Source: Spirochaetia bacterium
GTDB taxonomy: Bacteria; Spirochaetota; Spirochaetia; UBA9216
Direction of reading: 5' to 3'
Assembly: GCA_963677925.2 (NCBI GenBank)
Contig: CAXXYH010000003.1
Location: 352,001-416,000 of the forward strand
Length of the DNA stretch: 64,000 nucleotides
Positions 1-8,021 of the stretch are shown here, piece after piece; position 1 is the first letter of the stretch, and each line of letters starts with the position of its first letter. A program made the position numbers and the translations under genes. Under the pieces are notes generated by a model, which ran no database searches, was not told the origin of the DNA, and worked only from the letters and a program-made list of their open reading frames with translations.

Positions 1-2
1 AA

Positions 3-371
3 TCAATTGATGACTTCGTAGGTCTTGCAGTTAAAAGTATCGTACCTGCCGAAGAACTCGATAGAGATTTCAAGGTTTACCCGCAGATCGATTACGATAA
101 ATGTGTAAGCTGCGGCAGATGCTATGTATCCTGTTTTGACGGAGCTCATCAGGCGATCACCTGGGATCAGGAAAATAGAAAAGTCGCCATTGATGAAGAT
201 AAGTGTGTAGGCTGTCATCTCTGTCTGCATGTATGTCCGGTTGCCGGCTGTATAACTCCGGGCAAAGTTGTTTTCAAACCCGAAGATCAGTTCGGAAAAG
301 GAAGCGAAGCAGTATATACAGAAAATGCTCCTTGTAAACGCGAAATAGTTGTCGGGGAGTATGACCAGTAA
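3..371 (+). CDS. preA: NAD-dependent dihydropyrimidine dehydrogenase subunit PreA, C-terminal part (5' truncated by window edge)
   Basis: Not in the ORF track. Frame +3 is open from the edge to TAA 369-371 and reads [52 protein letters not shown]...[19 protein letters not shown]. It has two 4Fe-4S motifs with the CxxCGRCYxSCxDGxHQAI signature of PreA. Confidence 0.85.
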   Translation, partial: SIDDFVGLAVKSIVPAEELDRDFKVYPQIDYDKCVSCGRCYVSCFDGAHQAITWDQENRKVAIDEDKCVGCHLCLHVCPVAGCITPGKVVFKPEDQFGKGSEAVYTENAPCKREIVVGEYDQ

Positions 372-444
372 ACAATAAGAATTCAATTAAGAAACATTTA
401 TTGTTTAAGAGTAAACCAATATTCATAATACAATTTCTGATTTC

Positions 445-476
445 GGCTGACCGGCAACCCCGGTCAGCTTTTTTTT
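445..476 (+). terminator. intrinsic terminator after preA
   Basis: GCTGACCGG (446-454) / CCGGTCAGC (460-468) stem followed by a T-run. Confidence 0.8.
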
Positions 477-1365
477 ATTTTGGCAAAAATATCGATAGAA
501 ATGACTTTTTATCTTCAGTTCTTTTATTAAAACCTTCAATAGGCGTGTTCATCAAATATCCCATAACAAGCTGTTCTGCATTTTCCCTGTTATCGTTGTT
601 ATTGAAGATAAACTGATATTCATCAAGATATTCCTGAAGGAACTGCTCTGAGACATTATGATGACCGTTTCTAAGTCCGTATTTAACATCCTGCAGAACA
701 ATATGAATATTCATAAACTTTCCGCCGTAAGCGGTGATGGAGCTTTTCTGTTTAAACCTGTTTAATTCGAGCCAATTTCTTAAATACAGTTTTTGAGGGT
801 CAACGATAAATACTGTATTTTTATCAAAATTCTTTTTAAAATAATCCTTTATATTCATTTCATCAGGATTTTTAACCATTCTAAGAGAAAGCCTTTTCTC
901 ACCTGACATTTCAAGAGCTCCAAGAATACTTACTTTCCGGTAATCCTCTCCCTGCCCTCTTTTTATAATTTCATCAAACTCAACTTCTCCCACCAAATGT
1001 TCATCCTCTCTGTGAAAAGAGATTGCATACCTGATTTTTCTTAGTGCATTCCAGGCACTTCTGTAAGATCCCAGCGGGATCTCCCTGAATATTGTTTTTG
1101 CTGTTATAACCCTGTCGGCTGAATTGATCATCAGTTTGATTATACCTGACCATTGCTCAAGGCTTATATGAGATCGGTGAAGCATTGTCCCGGCAAGCGG
1201 TGATTTTTCAGATCGGCAATGTCTGCATACGGCAATTCTTTTTACAGGCTTTTCCCAGAATTCCTTCCCTCCGCAATTTTTGCAGACCATCCCTTCCGGA
1301 AACTTTAATTGAATTAAATTTTCAAAAGATTCCTGTTCTTTATGGTAATTTATGTTCTTTTTCAT
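475..1365 (-). mobile_element. IS1595-family transposase-like ORF, degenerate; no paired terminal inverted repeats seen
   Basis: Zn ribbon CKNC...CRHC, AGTMLHRS, SYRSAW, GEVEFDE, FIVD, NIHIVLQDVK and HHNVSEQFLQEYLDEY match IS1595-type DDE transposases. ATG 1365 preferred over TTG 1395. Confidence 0.75.
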
Positions 1366-1514
1366 AATTTTTTGAATTTTAACATTGTTTTTCAATATTG
1401 TGGTACTAAAGTGGATATGTTAGAGAATTTTCTGTATTGACAGTTTTTTTCTTTCACATTTAACCTGAATTAGAGTTATGCATTACTCAAAAAATAAAAA
1501 TATTCGGAGGAAAA

Positions 1515-1649
1515 ATGTTTGGTTTACCACCGGTAACAGCCCTTGTGCTGTTTGGTTTCCCGCTTTTCTGGCTTGTCTATACATTGATATTTTTCGTCAA
1601 AACCAGGAACTGGGTTGAAGACTCTGAAAAACAGGGAGGAAAGGAATAA
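1515..1649 (+). CDS. 44-aa single-TM small protein, probable accessory subunit of the downstream symporter
   Basis: Not in the ORF track. GGAGG RBS 1506-1510, ATG 1515, MFGLPPVTALVLFGFPLFWLVYTLIFFVKTRNWVEDSEKQGGKE; its TAA overlaps the next ATG (TAATG at 1647-1651). Confidence 0.8.
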   Translation: MFGLPPVTALVLFGFPLFWLVYTLIFFVKTRNWVEDSEKQGGKE

Positions 1650-3196
1650 TGAATCCTGTCGTCCTCGTATTTTTAATTATTTATTATGTGGTTGTTGTCC
1701 TAATCGGCTTTTGGGCCGTTAAAAAAGGCGGAGCCAAAGATCTTGAAGGTTATCTTCTTGGCGGCCGTCAGGTCGGCCCGCTGGTAACAGCAATGACTCT
1801 GCAGTCCACTTCCATGAGCGGTTACATGTTCCTGGGAGGCGGTTCTGAAGGATTCAGGGCCGGATACTGGGCAATATGGTATGCTTCAGGCGATATAGGA
1901 GGCGGTGTTGTCAATCTGTCTGTTATAGGCCGGAGAATGCGTAAACTGTCAAAAATACTCGGGTCTCTTACTTCAATAGAATATCTTGAACATCGGTATC
2001 CGCATCCTGCTACCAGAATTATCAGCGGAGGTCTTTCGGTCTTCCTTCTATATTTTTACGTTCTGGCACAGTTTATTGCCGGAGGAAAAGGTATGGCACT
2101 CGTTACAGGCCTTCCATACGGTGCGGCTCTAACTATTGCTGTAGGCATCATTATGCTGTACACATTCCTTGGCGGTTATTTTGCTGTTGCTTATACTGAC
2201 TTTTTCCAGAGTCTTGTGATGATTGTTGGTATGCTCTGGATATTTATTGCAACGCTTGTAAATGTAGGAGGTTTCACTGCTGCTAATATTGCAATTGGAG
2301 AACTTGATCCAACCTATCTTTCGATATGGGGAAAGGATCTTCAGTTTCATAACAACTGGGGAGAGATTTTAGGTGCAGTATTAATATTCTCAGTAGGTTA
2401 TATGGGATGGCCTCATGTTGTTACAAGACATATGGCAATGAAGAGTCCTAAAACTGCACGTATGGCAGCTGTTTATTCCACTATCTGGAATCTTTTCTTT
2501 GTCACAGCCCCCTATCTGCTCGGTATTTTCGCAATTCTTATTCTACCGAATCTTGCAGACCCTGAAATGGCAATCTTCACACTGGCACAGGAACTTCTGC
2601 CTCCTGCTGTAACCGGAATTGTTATGGCCGCAATAATGGCTGCCATTATGTCAACTGCAGATTCGATTCTTCTACAGGTCGGAACTATTGCTTCCAGAGA
2701 TATATTCCAGCGGTTCATTAACCCGAAAGCCTCTGACAGCCAGATGGTATGGGTTTCAAGATTTCTGGTAGCCGGAATGGGAATTATCGGCTTGGTAGTT
2801 GCCCTTGTAAGTCCTCCGGGAGTCTTTTCAATAGTTACTTTTACCACATCAGTTCTTGGTAGCGCCTTCCTGCCGGCATATGTATGTGCCGTGTGGTGGA
2901 AAAAAGCAAACACAAAGGGTGCTCTGGCTTCAATAGTCGGCGGTGCTTTAATGGCATTTATCGCCAAAAAGACATCAATTCCGCTGCACCCGATGCTTGC
3001 AGGACTTATTGTTTCATGGCTGCTGATGATAGTTGTCAGCCTTGCAACACAGAAATCATCACCAGTTGCAGAGCATATTATTAAGGCAATGAATGAGGCT
3101 GCAAGTTTAGGCCCCATCCCAAAAGAAATGCTTGCCAATGCTGATTTCGATCTCTCAGGTGAGGCAAGTGCCATCAATAAAAAATTAAAAAGCTGA
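1649..3196 (+). CDS. sodium:solute symporter (SSS, PutP-like)
   Basis: About 13 hydrophobic segments; YLLGGR, YTFLGGYFAVAYTDFFQS and AAIMAAIMSTADS are SSS motifs. Confidence 0.9.
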   Translation: MNPVVLVFLIIYYVVVVLIGFWAVKKGGAKDLEGYLLGGRQVGPLVTAMTLQSTSMSGYMFLGGGSEGFRAGYWAIWYASGDIGGGVVNLSVIGRRMRKLSKILGSLTSIEYLEHRYPHPATRIISGGLSVFLLYFYVLAQFIAGGKGMALVTGLPYGAALTIAVGIIMLYTFLGGYFAVAYTDFFQSLVMIVGMLWIFIATLVNVGGFTAANIAIGELDPTYLSIWGKDLQFHNNWGEILGAVLIFSVGYMGWPHVVTRHMAMKSPKTARMAAVYSTIWNLFFVTAPYLLGIFAILILPNLADPEMAIFTLAQELLPPAVTGIVMAAIMAAIMSTADSILLQVGTIASRDIFQRFINPKASDSQMVWVSRFLVAGMGIIGLVVALVSPPGVFSIVTFTTSVLGSAFLPAYVCAVWWKKANTKGALASIVGGALMAFIAKKTSIPLHPMLAGLIVSWLLMIVVSLATQKSSPVAEHIIKAMNEAASLGPIPKEMLANADFDLSGEASAINKKLKS

Positions 3197-3213
3197 TAAG
3201 CTCATAAATCCCT

Positions 3214-3248
3214 GGAACTCCCCTTACAAATCAGGGGAGTTCCTTTTT
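3214..3248 (+). terminator. intrinsic terminator
   Basis: GGAACTCCCCT / AGGGGAGTTCC 11-bp stem plus T-run. Confidence 0.8.
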
Positions 3249-3260
3249 CGGAGTTATTTA

Positions 3261-3746
3261 TTGTATATCGACGCTATTGAATCGACTATAACAAGAGAAG
3301 ACGCGGCCTCTATCCTGCAGGCAAAAACTGCCAGCATAATTCCCAGAGTTCAGAAACTGATATACTACCCTTATTACTGGGTATTTTTTTCTTTCAGAGT
3401 AAAAACTCTTTTCGGAATGGGCCGGGAAAATAAAGCATCATGTCTTGTCGATATGATTAATAATCAGGCATCAACAACTGATTCCTTTAAACATTTTGAA
3501 GTTGAAGTCCCTGATGAAAATATCCTTGAGAGTGATTTCAGCCGGGAGGAATCCTTAAAAACTGCCAGAACATATCTTAACCATGCCGCCATGCATAAAA
3601 TGAAGGCACTGGTAGTTCCGCAGGCAGAAATTATTGAAGAAAAAAAAATACATAAACCTTTCTGGATAGTAAAATGTTTTAACCAGGATAACAGTCATTT
3701 CACCATGATTGTTGATGCCGTAACAGGCAAATATCAGAATTTATAG
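3261..3746 (+). CDS. hypothetical protein
   Basis: 161-aa ORF, TTG start after GGAG; YYPYYW, HKPFW and C-terminal VDAVTGK motifs. Confidence 0.7.
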   Translation: MYIDAIESTITREDAASILQAKTASIIPRVQKLIYYPYYWVFFSFRVKTLFGMGRENKASCLVDMINNQASTTDSFKHFEVEVPDENILESDFSREESLKTARTYLNHAAMHKMKALVVPQAEIIEEKKIHKPFWIVKCFNQDNSHFTMIVDAVTGKYQNL

Positions 3747-3755
3747 GAGATATCT

Positions 3756-4538
3756 ATGCTGAAGTTCCTTTTTTTACCAGGTGCGCTTTTTCTCGGTGTT
3801 ATCCTGCTCAGGGTGGTCATCCCCTATATCTCAACTGCCGGCTGGAAAAGACTGCTGGACAGTTCACGATATGCAAAATTTCATAAAGACTTTCCAAAAG
3901 CAGATAAACTGCTGGAGAAGGCTGTTGAAAAGTATCCGGGCCAGCCTGAAGTATATCTTGAATATTTTCTCAACCATAGCGACACAAAGAATATAGCACA
4001 GAGATTCAGCATACTGAAAAATGGATATGAAAAAACAAAGGATACCGCTCTTGCCTTTTTCTTAGGTTCAACCTACCTTGAGCATGGAGATTTTGAATCA
4101 GCCGAGTTCTACCTCAGCAGCCCTGAATGCAGGGCATATATGCAGGCCAGACGTCTCACCTTGCTTCCTCAACTGTATTACGAACAGGGGCGCCACACTG
4201 AAGCTGAAAATGAATTTATAGATTTCTATTCAAATTTATTCGGTATTGCAAAAAAAGATTTTGAAAACAGCCTTGATCGCCTTTCACCCCAGGAACTGCT
4301 TACCCTTGCTATGATAAAAAAGGAATCTGGAAGTGACTATTCCGAAATACTGGAACTGGCACCAAAAAGCAGTTTTCATTCTGATATGAGCTGGAAGGAT
4401 CTTCTACAGTCCCTTAAAGAAAGTTTCAACGCTCTTGAACCGGCAGTTACAGGTATTAATGGCGATCCCGGAGAGTTCAACCGGCGAAGAAAGGATTATT
4501 ACAGCAGGCGGATTCAGCTTATTGAATCATATCTATAA
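3756..4538 (+). CDS. membrane-anchored TPR-like protein
   Basis: AGGAG RBS; N-terminal TM; helical repeats such as LGSTYLEHGDFESAEFYL and LYYEQGRHTEAE. Confidence 0.7.
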   Translation: MLKFLFLPGALFLGVILLRVVIPYISTAGWKRLLDSSRYAKFHKDFPKADKLLEKAVEKYPGQPEVYLEYFLNHSDTKNIAQRFSILKNGYEKTKDTALAFFLGSTYLEHGDFESAEFYLSSPECRAYMQARRLTLLPQLYYEQGRHTEAENEFIDFYSNLFGIAKKDFENSLDRLSPQELLTLAMIKKESGSDYSEILELAPKSSFHSDMSWKDLLQSLKESFNALEPAVTGINGDPGEFNRRRKDYYSRRIQLIESYL

Positions 4539-4573
4539 AAAAACCGCCGAATTTCTCCGGCGGTCGGTTTTTT
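4537..4573. terminator. bidirectional terminator
   Basis: A-run, CCGCCG/CGGCGG stem, T-run between convergent genes. Confidence 0.7.
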
Positions 4574-4588
4574 CAGATTTATTTAATC

Positions 4589-5911
4589 CTACAGCAGGTT
4601 CTCATCTACCCAGGTAGCAACCTTATCAAGGATATCAAAGGCTTCCTGAAGTTCAGCTTCTGTAATAATAAGAGGTGGTGAAACTGCAACCATATTTTCA
4701 TGTGAATATGTTACAAAACCGTTTTCTCTTAATTTACCAAGTATCTGTTTCATAAGACCTTTAGGATCTTTTGCATAAGGAACAAGCGGTCCATTGTTTT
4801 TATCAACAAACTCAACCATACCGAAAAGGCCGATATTTCTGCAGGGACCGACTGACGGATGCTTAGCCTGAAGTTCTGCCATCATCTTAGCCATCACAGG
4901 CCCCATCTTTTTGGAATTGTTAATTAGATCAAGTTCTTTGTAAACTTCAATTGTAGCAATACCGGCTGCACATCCAAGAAGGTGTGCGCTGTATGTAAGA
5001 CCGCAGTAGAGAACATTATCTTCAAAATGTTCAGCAATCGCTTTAGAAACTATTGCACCGCCGATTGGAGCATAACCGCATGTAACACCCTTTGCAAAAG
5101 TTACGATATCCGGCTTAACATCCCAGTTCATGAATGCAAACCATTCCCCGGTTCTTCCCCAGCCTGCCATAACTTCATCACAGACCATCATAATACCGTA
5201 TTTATCGCAAAGTGCTCTGACACCTTCAAGGTAACCCTTCGGCGGAATGAGAACACCGTTAGAACCAACTACAGTCTCAAGGAAAATAGCGGCAACATTG
5301 TTTTCGCCTTCCCAGATAATCTGTTCTTCAAGCTTTGCAAGACAGTATTTTGAATACTCTTCTTCGCTGCCGAATTTAATTACCGGTTCTCTTTCAATAT
5401 ACGGATTAAAGAATTTTACAAAACCGGCTATACCAGGTTCTGAAGGAAATCTTCTTGGTTCACCTGTAAGGTTTGCTGCACCATAGGTTGCACCGTGGTA
5501 TGATCGGTAACCGCTGAAAATCTTCTGCTTACCGGTAACCATTCTTGCAATCTTGATTGCATTCTCGTTTGCTTCCGCACCTGCGTTTGTAAAGAAGATT
5601 TTTCCCATAAAAGGAACAATTTCTTCAATGATTTTTCTTGCAAGTTCAGATCTTACATCAACTGCGTAAGCAGGTCCGATAAACGGCATTTTTTCAGCCT
5701 GGTCCTGAATAGCCTTGATGATCTTCTTGTTTCCATGACCAACGTTCATGTTAACAAGCTGAGATGACATATCATAGTATTTTTTACCATCTGCATCCCA
5801 GAAAAAGATTCCTTCCGCCTTATCAACCACTATTGGATTTAGTGCTTTCTGAGAACTCCATGAATGTAAATTGTATTTCTTATCTAGAGCCCTTATCTCT
5901 TCACCAGCCAT
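4589..5911 (-). CDS. class III PLP aminotransferase (beta-alanine/taurine-type omega-aminotransferase)
   Basis: SYHGAT, DEVMAGWGRTG, PDIVTFAKG (PLP lysine), GLTYSAH. Confidence 0.9.
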   Translation of the reverse strand: MAGEEIRALDKKYNLHSWSSQKALNPIVVDKAEGIFFWDADGKKYYDMSSQLVNMNVGHGNKKIIKAIQDQAEKMPFIGPAYAVDVRSELARKIIEEIVPFMGKIFFTNAGAEANENAIKIARMVTGKQKIFSGYRSYHGATYGAANLTGEPRRFPSEPGIAGFVKFFNPYIEREPVIKFGSEEEYSKYCLAKLEEQIIWEGENNVAAIFLETVVGSNGVLIPPKGYLEGVRALCDKYGIMMVCDEVMAGWGRTGEWFAFMNWDVKPDIVTFAKGVTCGYAPIGGAIVSKAIAEHFEDNVLYCGLTYSAHLLGCAAGIATIEVYKELDLINNSKKMGPVMAKMMAELQAKHPSVGPCRNIGLFGMVEFVDKNNGPLVPYAKDPKGLMKQILGKLRENGFVTYSHENMVAVSPPLIITEAELQEAFDILDKVATWVDENLL

Positions 5912-6029
5912 GCTTTACCCTCCATAGCTAAAGTTAAATATTGGTTAACCGGTAATTACTCCGGTAAATTAATTACAATCGCTGTACCACAGCTTTTGAA
6001 AAAAATCAATATTCTGATACAATATCCGC

Positions 6030-6215
6030 ATGAATAACGATGATAAAACATGCGACTACTGTGAAGCCCTTCAAGGTGACAGCTGCCAACTAGGTTATAA
6101 GCTGGAACCTCTTTATTTTTCAATCTGCTACCGGACTGATGGTTACAAACCGGAAACCGATTGCCCAGGGCCGTTTAAAAAAGGCGGCGAAAAAAATTTC
6201 CGCCGCCCTGAATAA
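6030..6215 (+). CDS. 61-aa cysteine-rich small protein, apparently leaderless
   Basis: CDYC plus three more Cys; TTGAAA (5996-6001)-16 nt-TG-extended TACAAT (6018-6023) ends 6 nt before the ATG; no RBS. Confidence 0.5.
   Translation: MNNDDKTCDYCEALQGDSCQLGYKLEPLYFSICYRTDGYKPETDCPGPFKKGGEKNFRRPE
6177..6207 (-). terminator. intrinsic terminator of the aldehyde dehydrogenase gene
   Basis: GGCGGCG/CGCCGCC stem; A-run at 6177-6182 gives a U-tract on the minus strand. Confidence 0.7.
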
Positions 6216-6228
6216 TCATTCAAAAGGC

Positions 6229-7626
6229 CTATTCGTACATTACTGTTCCGAAAAGTTCCTCATCACTCGGCATTGTATTTGCGATTTCATAAGAAACCCA
6301 TGTATAGTTAAGAAGGTGCTTGTAAGTGATGTTCTCAGAAGCAACGTTTCCGCCCCATGTACCGCAACCGAGAGTCATTGACATCGGCATACCGTTTGTC
6401 CATGCACCTGAGTTGGCAAGACACTGCGGCTGATTAACCATGATTCTTGAAACTTTTACTTTTCTACCAAGTTCCTTAACTTTCTTGTCATCAGTTGTAT
6501 GAATACCGCATGAGTGACCTGCACCTGAGTAGTCAGTAATTCTGTTTACGAGCTCAACTGCGTCTTCGAAAGTCTTGTATTTGTAAAGTGTTGTTACAGG
6601 TGAAAGTTTTTCGCCTGAGAAAGGAGCGTCAGCTCCAACTTCTGTTTCAGGAACCATGATGAAGCATTTGTCATCGCCCATTGAAAGACCGGCAAGTTTT
6701 GCGATCTTCTGAGCAGGCTGTGCAACAATGTTTCTTGAAAGTGTGTGACCATCTTCCCACATTGTATCCTGAAGTTTTTTCTTGTCGGCAGCATCAGCTA
6801 CATAGTAACCGCCTTCTGCTTCCATTGCTTTAACCATGTCATCATAGATGCCTTCCTGAATAAGGACAGCATTTTCAGTTGAACAGCTTGTAGCATGATC
6901 AAAAATCTTTGATCTTTTAATCTTGTTTGCTGCATCAGCAAGGTTTGCTGTAGTATCAATAATACTTACTGCATTTCCTGCACCTACACCGTAAGCAGGA
7001 GTACCGCTTGAGTAAGCTGCTTTAACCATTCCTGCACCGCCTGTAGCAACAACAAGGTCAGCCTGCTTCATAAGCTCATTACTGGCTTCTACAGAAACCT
7101 GATCAATGTTGATTACGAGGTCTTCAGGAAAACCGCCCTTTTTAAGAGTAGCTCTGATAGCATCAACAGCCATCTTGTTTGTACCCTTTGTTCTTGGGTG
7201 CGGAGAAAGGATGATTGCATTTCTGGTTTTAATTGCCCAGAGAGCCTTAACAAAAGGAGTAGCTTCAGGGTTTGTACAGGGTACAAGAGCTCCTACTGCT
7301 CCAATCGGCTTTGCAAACTTCAAAAGACCTTTCTCTTCATCAGTCTCAACAAGACCACAGGTCTTTTTACCCTTCATATCACGAAGAGTTCCCTTAACTT
7401 TTGAATAGATTTTAGCTACTTTGTCGGGAGCGAAACCCATTCCTGATTCTTCTGCAGCAAACTCACCGAGTTTTTTTGCGAATTCAGGATTACATCCGGC
7501 CCAGGCGACTCTAACACACATTTCATCAACCTGTTCCTGTGTAGCGAATTCTATTTCTTTCTGGGCTGCGTGTGCTCTGTCAATGAGACCGGCAATATAT
7601 GCAGCCGCTTCTTTTGGATCTGCCAT
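6229..7626 (-). CDS. CoA-acylating aldehyde dehydrogenase (SauS/EutE-like, stand-alone)
   Basis: PCTNPEATP, ATGGAGMVKAAYSSGTPAYGVGAGN, FDHATSCSTEN (catalytic Cys), GEKLSP, GHSCGIH, TLGCGTWGGN. ATG 7626 follows GGAGG. Confidence 0.9.
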   Translation of the reverse strand: MADPKEAAAYIAGLIDRAHAAQKEIEFATQEQVDEMCVRVAWAGCNPEFAKKLGEFAAEESGMGFAPDKVAKIYSKVKGTLRDMKGKKTCGLVETDEEKGLLKFAKPIGAVGALVPCTNPEATPFVKALWAIKTRNAIILSPHPRTKGTNKMAVDAIRATLKKGGFPEDLVINIDQVSVEASNELMKQADLVVATGGAGMVKAAYSSGTPAYGVGAGNAVSIIDTTANLADAANKIKRSKIFDHATSCSTENAVLIQEGIYDDMVKAMEAEGGYYVADAADKKKLQDTMWEDGHTLSRNIVAQPAQKIAKLAGLSMGDDKCFIMVPETEVGADAPFSGEKLSPVTTLYKYKTFEDAVELVNRITDYSGAGHSCGIHTTDDKKVKELGRKVKVSRIMVNQPQCLANSGAWTNGMPMSMTLGCGTWGGNVASENITYKHLLNYTWVSYEIANTMPSDEELFGTVMYE

Positions 7627-8021
7627 CTTTTCCTCCATTTTACGAGATATTAACTAGGACTATGACCAAACAGAATCATACCATCACCTTAATCCTCTTT
7701 CCTCCATAGGTCAAGGTTAGAATATAAGAAAAAAACAGTTTTTTTTAGCGCAAACATTTTTATAACAAATTTAACTTGACGGATCTTCCTAACATAACAT
7801 AAAATCATTTGTTGTATTTTCAGTGCTTTTATTTTAGTTGACTTTCATCCATAGAACTGATAAGGATATCTATATAAATGATGTTTAACACCAGAAGTTT
7901 TTTTTTATCACACACCACACACACTTTCGACGAACTTAATAATCCAGAATACTGCAGCACTTTTTTATATAGGGAGTAACAGGATGTTTATCATCCTGAA
8001 AAATATTTTTTTGGAGGATTT

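Noticed and set aside
3-386. 127-aa minus-strand ORF in the track
   Set aside because: Antisense shadow of the preA C-terminus, which has clear Fe-S motifs on the plus strand
2512-3177. 221-aa antisense ORF (and similar ones at 9021-9533, 10629-11123, 13664-14221, 37210-37815, 57340-57861, 62671-63120)
   Set aside because: They lie almost entirely opposite well-supported genes and show no recognisable motifs
7935-7998. Possible PyrR-binding loop or riboswitch upstream of the NCS2 permease (AATCCAG; CAGGATG/CATCCTG hairpin)
   Set aside because: Lacks the GAGG half of the PyrR consensus and any terminator/antiterminator pair; no purine riboswitch core recognised
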